A stretch of 41,710 nt of DNA, taken from Octopus bimaculoides (lineage: Eukaryota). Below the pieces are notes generated by a model. The model worked only from the letters and a program-made list of their open reading frames with translations. It had not been told where the DNA came from and did not search any database. The position numbers and the translations under genes were made by a program. The DNA lies in contig NC_069005.1 of NCBI RefSeq assembly GCF_001194135.2, positions 23,225,829 through 23,267,538 of the forward strand, written 5' to 3'. Of this stretch, positions 12,558 to 23,915 are shown piece by piece; position 1 is the first letter of the stretch, and each line of letters starts with the position of its first letter.

Positions 12558-13284
12558 TTCTACTACATACTTCCTCACATCCTATAAAAAAAATTCTTTT
12601 CTGTTAGCTGAGAATATTTAGCATTGTTCACTTGTTGAAAGCTACAAGGTTTCCATATGACTTGAGTGCTAACTATTCTATGACCAGTCATATATACTAT
12701 GAGTCATTTATTTCAACTCTCCAAATCATATACACACACACACATACACACACAAAACAGTGTCTGCATTTGTAACTCAACAGTCCCTTTACTATAATGT
12801 GCTGACAACAAAACTGAATCCTCTGCAAGTCAAGCAGAAACACTCACACAGCAAATCCAAAAATAATCTATCTTCAAATTTACAAATTCAGAGATATGCA
12901 TGCAATCACACGTTAAGCAAAATATCATTATGTATTAATTAACCAGATAATTATTGTGCATTGAATAACCTTATGGAGTGTTGAAAGCCATTTCTATCCA
13001 ATCATTGTTTTGGTATTAAAAGCTTAAACAGATTTTATTTATTTTTTTTGTATAAGGGGTCTTTGTATCAAGGGTCTCTGATAATGGACAGTTTCTTATT
13101 TGAATATGTGGGACATTTTACATGTGGGACAATAACAATCAAATCTCCCTCAAATTATATCCTGTCATCTAATAAAAAAAAAGGGGGGAAATGACACCTA
13201 AGGTAATGTAGTCCTCAGTAACCCTCAAAGTGGATATACCTTCGATCATAAGTCTGCTAGATCTGGGCTGATCAGAAGCCACAT

Positions 13285-14040
13285 GGTTGCAAAGCTGGAA
13301 GAATGGTTAAAACTCCAAAAGTCAACATAGTTAAAGACCAAGCAAAGTTCCACACCTAAAGAAAGATCTAAAGCCTAAAGGTCAACATAACAGAGATAAT
13401 CGTCATCAACATTTAACATCCTTTCCATGTTGGCATGGGTTGGACGGTTTGACAAGAGCTGCCCAGACTCCAACTGTCTGTCGTGGCTTGATTTCTACGA
13501 CTGGATGCCCTTCCGAGAGTGTGCTGGGTGCTTTTCACTATGTGGCAACAACACCTGTAAAAGACAAGCCTGTAAGTATGGATGACAGCAATATTTTCTT
13601 AGCTTGACGTGTCTTAATATCACTGTCATCCATATGTACTAGATGGTCCTTCACAGTTGTCGATGCTACATAAAGTGGTTAATATTAAGAAAGAGTAAAT
13701 AAAAGTCAAAGTAGGAGTTCATAGAAAACAGAAAGACATCTTAGTGCCATCTCTGCTTGATCTGCAAGAAGGGAACAGATAGGTACTTGATACAGTGTAC
13801 TCAGTGTAAACAATGGATACACTAAATATGTGGTGGGATCATGGGTGTATTAACAGAGAACCAAGACTTTAGATGCACAAAATGCTGAAGAGTAATTAGC
13901 AGTAGGAGTATCCATAAAATGAACTCCGTGGGTTACTCAAGTGATTTAATGGACATAGTTAATAGTTTCTGTACCCTAGTTGATTTAATTAGTGCTGAAA
14001 GTGGACAGCGAAAGTATAGAAACTGGAGTAAGGAAGGGTC
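13285..14040 (+). mobile_element. Decayed RTE-like LINE RT fragment with a PHD-type motif, interrupted by a family A SINE (about 13400-13620, minus)
   Basis: KLEEW...KVNI before the SINE; CLICKKG...IQCTQCKQWIH*ICGG...FRCTKC at 13745-13885; DIVNSFC..DLISAESG...SESIETGVR after it. Confidence 0.7.
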
Positions 14041-14769
14041 AAGAAAATAGCAAATATTAAAAACAACAGCTGATGTCAACATCATTATCATTTGATATTC
14101 ATCTTTCCATGCATCAGATGGAATTTGTTGGGGCAGATTTTCTAAAGCCAGTTGCCTTTCCTGTCACCAATGCTCACCTGCATCCAGGTAAGATACTATT
14201 ACCCCATGGCCAGACATATTTTCCATAAGGGACAGGAAATGAATAACATTGCTTATATGACAATGATGCTCTTTCGTAGCCATCACATAATGTCAAAACA
14301 AGGATACACAAATACACACAATAGGCTTCTTCCAGTTTCTGTCCACCAAATTTCTCATAAGGCTTTGTTTGGCCCAGGGCTGTAGTAGAAGACACTTGTC
14401 CAAGTGTGCCATGCAGTGGGACTGAACCCAAATCTACATGGTTAGAAAAGAAGGTTTTAAACCACAGAGCCATACCTGATGTATGTAGAAGCAAATACAA
14501 CTGTAGGGTCGTGAATGTAACTAAAAGTGCTGAAGGCTAACAATGAAGAGTTCTACTATAGGTGTCGATTGATCGAGAAAGAGAGAGAGAGTGGAAGATG
14601 TGGTGTGTTGAGATCTCAGCATATTGAACCTCACAAACAACAACACAGGACAAAAGAGGAATAACTGGGATACTCAGGTCTACAAAACTATAAAAAAAAA
14701 AACATGGGAAAACAGGCATGATGATTATGATGATGATGACATTAAGTCTATTATATCATGTTATTACAA

Positions 14770-15147
14770 ATGTGGTGACTTCGTCAGAGCCTTGATGTTT
14801 CTCTACTCTGCTGAATCTCAAACAACATCTGAGAACAATGCCAGCAGCAGCAGCTGACCATTGAAGACCGAGTTCAGCAGCATAAGCTACAGTGGTATGG
14901 CCACATCATCCAGATGGGCACTGGAAGACTACCACACCACCAACTTTTGTGGTGGTAACGACCCATGCTCTAGAGAATCCAGTGCAGCACACCAAAGAAG
15001 ACATGGGCAAAACAAATTGAGGAAGTCTTGAAGTCGCAGCACATCAACCTCAAGCATGCTAAGGCCAGCGCCATGGATCGGATAGCGTGGAATAACATCA
15101 TTACCAGAGTCCACCATCCAGCTGCACCCATGCAATGCATCAGTTGA
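14770..15147 (+). mobile_element. Non-LTR retrotransposon (RTE-like) ORF C-terminus, decayed
   Basis: IEDRVQQHKLQWYGHIIQMGTGRLPHHQLLWW*RP...PKKTWAKQIEEVLK...AMDRIAWNNII, with two in-frame stops. Confidence 0.75.
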
Positions 15148-16446
15148 GAGGACAGCCTCCCACTCCAGTCACCAGCTAGAGATTTTACTTTACTTACTAC
15201 ATTTTATATCACTAGCCTGGATGAGAAGTGTTTTCACTCTCTACTTGGTTAGTTGACTTGCTAGAAATAAAAGTCAAAGCTCCCACAAATCACACCTGAC
15301 TTTTAAAATAAAAGAAGATACATTGGACAATGTGATCCCTTATTTATAAAAGAAAAGACATAATGGTCATGGCTGGAACACCATTGCTTATATAGATCTG
15401 CTGGAGCAATGCTGACCTGATTGTTATTTGCTGGACAAGTCTCTTGCACTTAATTCATTTCTTTCTTTAAAGAAACACAAACAATTTATTTTTAACAAGT
15501 TTTGTGAGGAAACAAGAGTTCCCTATTACCTACGTTAACTTCTTTTATGGTGATTCAATTCCAACAGTTGACACTAGACAGAATAGCTCTTTATTTTGCT
15601 GAGATTTCAAGCAGAATGAAGAGTAAGAGAGGCAGAAGTATAGACAAATATAGAGGGGAAACTAACAGTAGAATGAAAAAAAAAATAATAGCAACATTAG
15701 TCATAGCCTCTATCGGCAAATAAGTTCCCAGGCTGCGATAATTTATTTTATTCCGTGAGAGAAAAGATACCTTATATTCCAGATAGAAACCATATATNNN
15801 NNNNNNNNNNNNNNNNNNNNNNNNNNNNNNNNNNNNNNNNNNNNNNNNNNNNNNNNNNNNNNNNNNNNNNNNNNNNNNNNNNNNNNNNNNNNNNNNNNNN
15901 NNNNNNNNNNNNNNNNNNNNNNNNNNATATATACACATACACACACAACTAGAATACTTTATGCATACATACATATAGATAGTTTACAAGTTTGTTGGGG
16001 TGTGTGTGTGTGTGTATTTATAGATTGATAAAAAGAAGAGAACATTTTAGTTATATTGAAATTCTTTATGGACGTAAATAGCTAACAAATGGGACTTGGA
16101 CGAACCTAAATGTATACAACACTTCTTGACTAAAAAAAATAACTGAGAAATTAAAACATAGTTTAGAATTATAGACAAAATTGCATTTTACTTAATAGGT
16201 GACCAAACAAACATTTGATTAATTAGTGGAATAAATAAAACGAACCCAATTAACAAGAAGTAGGAAAATATGTATATATAAACATTACAATTAATATCAT
16301 TAAGACTTGTTCAGAGGCTAATAAAACACTATCTTTCTGGACCGATTTATCATAGATTCAGTGAGAAACAAATAAAACTGGATAATTTTCAATATGCAGG
16401 GAATAGAGAAAAAAGTGATATATTTTAAATAACAACAACAGCATAC

Positions 16447-16668
16447 CAAGGGTACCACTGCAGGTGGCGCTTGCTCAAGATCTTCTCCTGCCAATACAAT
16501 TGAACGGCGCCAGCTATCGGAGACAGCCTGAGTGGGTAGAGTGTCGGGAATGACAGCAGTGGCGGCAGGTTGCTGAATAGATCTTTGGGAAGTTAAAGCT
16601 GGGATTTGCTGTGGCCAAGAACTCACCACTACCTGTCTGTTTCCATGCCAGGAATTCATAGGTGCATT
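16447..16668 (-). CDS. HIPK: HIPK internal exon F (222 nt, phase 0 to 0): NAPMNSWHGNRQVVVSSWPQQIPALTSQRS...VSDSWRRSIVLAGEDLEQAPPAVVPL
   Basis: Acceptor ctcttcttttacag, donor TTG|gtatgc, open frame. W..N.Q....W.QQ and D.WR resemble the HIPK homeoprotein-interaction region. Overlaps track ORF 16318..16659. Confidence 0.82.
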
Positions 16669-17612
16669 CTGTAAAAGAAGAGCAATGGCAACTTAATTAC
16701 TTGAACATATTAAATTGAGTTTTAATTTTGTAAGTATTAGTTATTGCTCCAGCAGGGCCCCCAGCCTCTGGCTGAAACCTGTAAAAGAATGAAGGAATAC
16801 TAAATCTCATCTTTAGAAATGAATGAAGTTTCAATATCTTTCTTTTATTTTTTATCTGTTTTTCAGTCATTAAACTGTGGCCATGCTGGGGCATTTTAGT
16901 GGAAGAATTTTCGTCACATTTATCAACCCCTCTCACCCTTCAACTAACTATCACACCTAGAAAGTTCCACTGGATCATGGGTGAGAGTACCAAGAAGGTA
17001 TCTATATCAGATCTTGACTACAACGCTGCCTAGAACAATTAGCAAAAGCGTGGTACGTGCTACCAAAACATCCTTGGTTCCAAGTGACGGCTGTAGTAAT
17101 TTTACATCAACACTTAAGTCTCAAGTGGTTTACTCTGCAGTCATTAGGGGGTCTAATTCCTGGATGGCTACATAACATCAGACTGGATTTGAACAGGAAT
17201 AACAGAGTTAGCACCTTTAATCTACAAGTAAAAGTTTTTAGTTCAAATCCAACTTGCTTACTAAGTATACATCCAGGAACAAGACACCCAATAGCAGATC
17301 AAGGACGAAACTGATTGAAAAATATTGATGTAAATACTAAACATTTTTTCATCGCAAAAAATTGAAGTTAACAGTCAGTAATAAATTGGTTTATACTTCT
17401 ACAATACACAAAATCTTTTAACAATTTTTTTTTTATACAGTTTCTAATAATATTTACTCATAAAAATATAATGAGACTTTCTTAAGCATGGAATGCCTAT
17501 GTAGAACCAGTAGAGTAAAATATGAATTAAAGAAATCCATAGGCAAAAAATAGTTGAGAAACACTACTTTAGAAGATATATCAAATTTGCCAGAACACAT
17601 AAAGACTTTATA

Positions 17613-17689
17613 TATATATAAATTTAATGAATGGAGTAAAACGCATAGTTAACATATGCGTTTTACTCCATTCATTAAATTTATATATA
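17613..17689. repeat. Perfect inverted repeat: 35-bp arms, 7-nt loop
   Basis: 17613-17647 pairs base for base with 17655-17689; loop GTTAACA. Confidence 0.97.
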
Positions 17690-17837
17690 CTCAAGTACCC
17701 AAAATATCAAGGAGTTTCTACCTCATAAACAGGAGTTACACCACAGTTATTTTGTGATCTTTGCTACCCTGCTATCTATTAACCAATTTATTTTGTCCGA
17801 GTTATTTATTAATTAGGAGAAAATAAATACATTTAAT

Positions 17838-17884
<47 letters not shown>

Positions 17885-17952
17885 ACATATATATATATAT
17901 GTATGTATACATATATATATGTATGTATACATATATATATATATATGTATGT

Positions 17953-17989
<37 letters not shown>

Positions 17990-18262
17990 GTATGTGTGTG
18001 TATATATATATATATATACTGTTTGGGGTTTTGCTGTTCTGGGTGCAGCTCATAAATTATAAGCATTAAATAGCTAACTACAAGCAACTGAGTGAGTTTG
18101 TCTGTGTAGAGAAAGGCAGATAACTAGATACAAAGTTCAGTGTGAGTTAACATATTTAATGTACGCAGCATTTAAGAGCTAACAATAAATATTTAAGGAC
18201 CAAACAGAGGTAGATAAGGGAAGAGATGCTGAAAGAAGATTTGGTAGAGTGAAATAACTTAC

Positions 18263-18325
18263 CGTCATGAACACTTGACCACGACCCCTGTCGATGACCG
18301 GCGTTAGATGTTGGGTAGTGACAGT
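18263..18325 (-). CDS. HIPK: Probable HIPK small exon E (63 nt, phase 0 to 0): TVTTQHLTPVIDRGRGQVFMT
   Basis: Acceptor ggtttgtcgttacag, strong donor ACG|gtaagt, open frame, GC/CpG-richer than its flanks. Homology support is weaker than for the other exons. Confidence 0.72.
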
Positions 18326-19504
18326 CTGTAACGACAAACCGAGATTCTATTAAATATATCATCATCATTGTTTTAACACCCTCTCTTCCATGTGTGCATG
18401 GGTCAGCTGAGAGTTTATTGAGGCGAGGTTTCTGCAACCAAATGCCCTGCCCATTGCCAACCCTTACCTGTTTCCAAGCACGATAATATTTTGCCCCTAG
18501 CCAGACATACATTTTCAAAGAATATTGGAAATGAATGATATTTATTCACAACAATAAAGCAAGATCACAAGGAGTTACAAATATCCACATGCTCATACAC
18601 ACATACAATCATTATAACAACTTCAACCTCAGCCTTCACTGTTTGTTATAAGTCTTGAAGTGACAGACTAAATACTGTTATACTCTCATTCGGTGTAGCC
18701 AAACTCAAAGAGAAGACAATTGCTTCAACATTATTTATTGGTTGAGATTTTTTCCAATTTTTTTCCATTCTTAGTTGAAACTCCTCAAAAAGGTGGGCCT
18801 ATAAGGGATTATTGAATCTATAAGAATTAATAGCCAAATCTCCCTTCACATACTTTTGATTTCTACTAGTCTGTTCAATCAGGGCTGATCTGGGTTTAAC
18901 TATGTGATTATTGTTTAGGCCCAGTAACCGTTGATCCCTATATCATTACACTTGAGAAGAGGTTAATTAGTCCTTTTTTTTATTTCTGAAGTGAATATTC
19001 ACTGCACCTAAATGATAATCACATTGTTATAGATAATGATAAAATAATAATAATGAAATTACTGTATACAGTGTTTAAGTATACTGCAGTTCATTAGAAA
19101 AAGTAACCAATAAGGCATGAACAGTACATAGAATATGCACAGGAAATGAACAGTGAATAAGTCTTTCAAAAGAAAATGGGTTGGAGGACATCAGGCATAT
19201 CATTGGCAAATTTCAGGAAGCATGAAAGTTTTGAAGAATGTAGTGTTTTGACAGCCAACAACTGACATGGGTAGTTTCTTCCATGCTCCAGCAATAAAAA
19301 AATTGTCAGTGAAGAAACGGTCACACTGGATAGTGCAGTTCTATATATGCTTGGATAAAGTGTGAAATGGTCATGTTTAGAATGCCTTTGGTCAAAGTTC
19401 TTTTTGACCAGAGAATATCTGGGGCGAAACAGCAAATTTCGTAGTGTGTCCATTGATAAGTTGAGACGATAACTGTAAGAAGAGCCACCATGTGTGACTA
19501 GGAA

Positions 19505-19880
19505 CATCATCATCATCGTCATCGTCGTCATTTAATGTCCGCTTTCCATGCTAGCATGGGTTGGGCGATTTGACTGTGGACTGGTGAAACCAGATGGCTA
19601 CACCAGGCTCCAATCTGATTTGGCAGAATTTCTACAGCTGGATGCCTTTCCTAACGCCAACCACTCCGAGTGTAGTGGGTGCTTTTACGTGTCACCGGCA
19701 CGAAGGCCAGTCAGGCGGTACTGGCAACGGCCACGCTCAAAATGGTGTATTTTATGTGCCACCCGCACAAGAGCCAGTCCAGGGGCACTGGCAACGATCT
19801 CTCTCGAAAGTCCTTACACATGCCGCGGGCACAAGTGCCAGAAAGGCGATGCTGGGCACAGGTGGCTTCACGATTTCATT
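19505..19880 (-). mobile_element. SINE family A, low-divergence copy
   Basis: Reverse complement of 27695-27853 and 34735-35111. (CAT)n on plus is the (GAT)n tail. Confidence 0.9.
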
Positions 19881-20058
19881 TATTTTTTCTTTGACAAAAA
19901 TGAAAAAGAAAAACGATAGGGTGAAGATTTGATTGTATTAACAGATTGAGCGACTAACTTGAGGGTCCATTGTTGGCTCAAATAGAGTATAGATGGGAAG
20001 ATGGCTAATATGTGGACACATGTCTAGTACAAAATATAATATTAGCAAGGGGGTAATG

Positions 20059-20089
<31 letters not shown>

Positions 20090-20095
20090 TATTAC

Positions 20096-20187
20096 CTGTG
20101 ACATAATCTGTGGTTGCAGTTGTAGTGTTTGATGAGCTTGTGTAACCATAGGAACAACATTAGAATATCGATTTGGTGAGTTGAGAC
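20096..20187 (-). CDS. HIPK: HIPK internal exon D (92 nt, phase 1 to 0): (G)LNSPNRYSNVVPMVTQAHQTLQLQPQIMSQ
   Basis: Acceptor tattgattgcag, donor CAG|gtaata. Phase completes exon C. VPMVTQA..TLQLQP resembles HIPK VP.VTQA...LQIQP. Confidence 0.86.
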
Positions 20188-20277
20188 CTGCAATCAATAG
20201 AATATCTGTTATAGAAGACACAATGGAAGACGTATATTGAAAAATAAATAATTGTCAATGCCATTATAAAGCAACAT

Positions 20278-20560
20278 CAACATCATCACCATCATTTAAC
20301 ATCTACTTTTTCCATGTTTGCATGGGTCAGACAGAACTTGTTGAAGTAGATTTTCTACGACTGGAACCCATGCTAGCATGGAAAGCGGACGTTAAACGAT
20401 GATGATGATGGATGCTCTACCTGTTGCCAACACTTATCTATTTCCAAGTAAGGCAACATTTTCCCCATGACCAGATATGTTTTCATGGAAGACTGGAAAT
20501 GAACAATACCACTTGTATGACGGTGATGCTTGTTTACGACCCTGATATCAACACAAAGAT
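20278..20560 (-). mobile_element. SINE family D (shares the 3-prime tail with family A), interrupted by a tail-only insertion
   Basis: Homologous to about 14085-14300, 18360-18545 (minus) and 37610-37826 (plus). Confidence 0.75.
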
Positions 20561-21533
20561 ATACACAAACGTATCTCCGCCCCTCTCGTAATCATCATCA
20601 TTTAACGTCTATTCACCATGCTGGCATGGGTTGGACAGTTTGTCTGTTCTGAAATGGTTTATATGGCTAGATGCCCTTCCTAACACCAACCACTTTACCA
20701 AATGTACTGGGTGCTTTTAATATAGCACCAACAGGGGCACCTTTACGTGGTACTGGCATGGGTGTTTTTTTTATTTACATGACACCAGCATGGGCACTTT
20801 TACATGGCACCAACACAGGTGCTTTTATGTGGCACTGGCACTTATGTATATATTTGATAATAGGGACAATGAAGAATTTGAACATTCAAACTTTATGCTT
20901 ATTTCCAGTTATTTTATGAATAAACTATCCATTTTATTAAAACTTTCTGTTAGCTTGTTGCGTCAAATTCAACAGGTGTGTTTGTGACTTCTTTGAGTGG
21001 TGAGACGATATAGCATCTATTTCTCAGCATATGCTATATAGGCTAGAAAATTTTTCTAAGCCCTTATATATATATATATATATATNNNNNNNNNNNNNNN
21101 NNNNNNNNNNNNNNNNNNNNNNNNNNNNNNNNNNNNNNNNNNNNNNNNNNNNNNNNNNNNNNNNNNNNNNNNNNNNNNNNNNNNNNNNNNNNNNNNNNNN
21201 NNNNNNNNNNNNNNNNNNNNNNNNNNNNNNNNNNNNNNNNNNNNNNNNNNNNNNNNNNNNNNNNNNNNNNNNNNNNNNNNNNNNNNNNNNNNNNNNNGTT
21301 AAATTTATTAGTATGACAATGAAAAAGTAATACATATAAGATTCAGTATATAAGGGGTCCTGAACAACAAAATAAATAACTAAAGAAATAATCCCCAAAA
21401 TCCTACATATGTTTCAATCCAGCTTTACATTTGAATCATCAGCATTCAAGCTATTCTAGATGTAAAAAAACACACATTTAGTTGGATATCTTCAGGTATA
21501 GATGTGTACACAATACCATAGACCATGCAGCAC

Positions 21534-21572
<39 letters not shown>

Positions 21573-21736
21573 ATGGGCTTCGTTCAGTTATATCAGCCAA
21601 ATCAATTCACGAGGCTTTTGCTAGCCCAGGGCTACTGAAGAAGACACCCAAGGTGCTAGGCAGTGAGACTGCACACAAGACCTCATGGTTGGAAAGTTAA
21701 GTTGTAGAGGTGTTATATGAAAAGATATAAACTTAC

Positions 21737-21971
21737 CTTGAATGGGGGCAGGTACAACAAGGGAGGGTAATAAAGGTTGACGGAATGGATCATGTCGATT
21801 GAATTGAGTACTGTTTCTCTGTGGCGGCAGTTGCTGGTTAAGCTGTTGCGTAGCAACTTGTGGTGGCCCTGGTTGATAGGGCAGGTACGTGGTGCCTGAC
21901 TGGCCTGGATACTGAAGATATGGAAGTTCTGTTGCTTGAGGAGCAGTTCCACTAAAGTTTTGAGATGCCAC
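21737..21971 (-). CDS. HIPK: HIPK internal exon C (235 nt, phase 0 to 1): VASQNFSGTAPQATELPYLQYPGQ...FNRHDPFRQPLLPSLVVPAPIQ(G)
   Basis: Acceptor ctttcttctgatttag, donor AAG|gtaagt. Open in the expected frame. DPFRQPL..L..P..IQG resembles the HIPK motif DPF.Q.L..CPP.FQG. Overlaps track ORF 21621..21971. Confidence 0.88.
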
Positions 21972-22317
21972 CTAAATCAGAAGAAAGAAGAAAAGTTATT
22001 ACTGGTTAGTTCAAAAGTAATGATTAAAAACTAACATGCACAGTACAGAGGCTACTTTCAAGTGAAGCTAACATTAGTCAGTGCAGGGATACTTAATATG
22101 CAACAATACATACAAGTGAATGTGTGTGTATGTAATAAAATTCTATGATTGTTCTCAACAATCATAGAAAAGTAACAAAAGTAACTACTGCAGGGTTAAT
22201 TAAATGAAATAATTAAGAAAAATATTAAAGGTAAATTAACTTTCATTAACAGACAAATCAAGGGAAATGACTGCAAATGATTTTTTAATTAAGCAGGCAT
22301 TATCAGAAGATTGAGGT

Positions 22318-22351
<34 letters not shown>

Positions 22352-22360
22352 TTTATATAC

Positions 22361-22397
<37 letters not shown>

Positions 22398-23871
22398 TTA
22401 GGGACAAAATCCAAAATTACAGGTAAAAAATCAATTTATAAAAAATTAAAATTAAATTGAGCCTTATAGATAAAGTATATATAAAATATATATAGTTTTA
22501 GGGAAAATAACCAATTTTCAAGAACTCATCGATGAAAATCCACTATCACATATAGAAAAATTAATAATTAAAAGCACAATAAATGAGTATAATATAAAGT
22601 AAANNNNNNNNNNNNNNNNNNNNNNNNNNNNNNNNNNNNNNNNNNNNNNNNNNNNNNNNNNNNNNNNNNNNNNNNNNNNNNNNNNNNNNNNNNNNNNNNN
22701 NNNNNNNNNNNNNNNNNNNNNNNNNNNNNNNNNNNNNNNNNNNNNNNNNNNNNNNNNNNNNNNNNNNNNNNNNNNNNNNNNNNNNNNNNNNNNNNNNNNN
22801 NNNNNNNNNNNNNNNNNNNNNNNNNNNNNNNNNNNNNNNNNNNNNNNNNNNNNNNNTAAGTACCAAATGAATTAATATGAAATACTTATTATATAAAGAT
22901 AGAAAAATTATTTTAAAAATATCATAATATCAAAATAATAACCATTCAATAATCATCTCTTCATCCATAATAATAACATGTATATTATATACAAAAAACA
23001 TCTTACCTAAATTATCATTGTTTTAAATTATCATTGTTTTAAATACAAGTTGAACGAAGTTTAAGTTTAAAATAATAATGAAGATAAAATTAGTACATAT
23101 TTAACCGGTGTAATAGTTAAAGCTATACTATTTAAAGCTAAAGACGTTTATTTAATTATGATTAAAGATCAATTGAATAATAGAAAAATACAAGATTATT
23201 TATTTCTACAAACGTACACACATATGTATGTGTGTGTGTATATGTGTGTGTATACATATATATATATGTAAATATATAAAATCCTCTTTAATCTGATCCT
23301 CACAACTTTTATGTGCTTATACTAAATATATTCCAACTTTGTAAGCCTTAGTATACACCACCAAATAACACTCCAGTTTTCTATATACAAGAACAAAATT
23401 TCCATCTCAGATCCAAATGACTGAGGCATGTCTACCACTGAGATGGTAAAATCATTCCAAAACACTGTGTCTGGTAGTTTGTTGACATCAGTCAAAGCCT
23501 GGCATGATATGCTTTTACACAAAATATCTAGAGAGAAAAGTTCTTCTCTAAGATAAAATCCCACAGTGATTGCCATACCTATCCTAATGTGTAGGAATTC
23601 TAGTGTGTAGAAGGGTGTTCAATATAAGGATAAGGTACACACACACATATAACGGACACACACACATAACAGATTTCTTTTGGTCCCCATCCACCAAATG
23701 CACTCACAAGGGTGTGGCTAGTCTGAGGTTATATAAGACACCTACCCTCCCATGGGGCCATGCAGCAGGACTGAGCCTGAAACCATGTTATTGGGAAGTA
23801 AAATCTTAACCACACAGCCACACCTGCACCTATTGTGTATGTATATGGACAGACATTAAACGATGATGATG

Positions 23872-23915
<44 letters not shown>

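Noticed and set aside
23322-23576. 84-aa minus ORF; similarly 29194..29454, 36692..36895 and 10407..10619
   Set aside because: No recognisable motif, no convincing splice-site pair, and lengths expected by chance.
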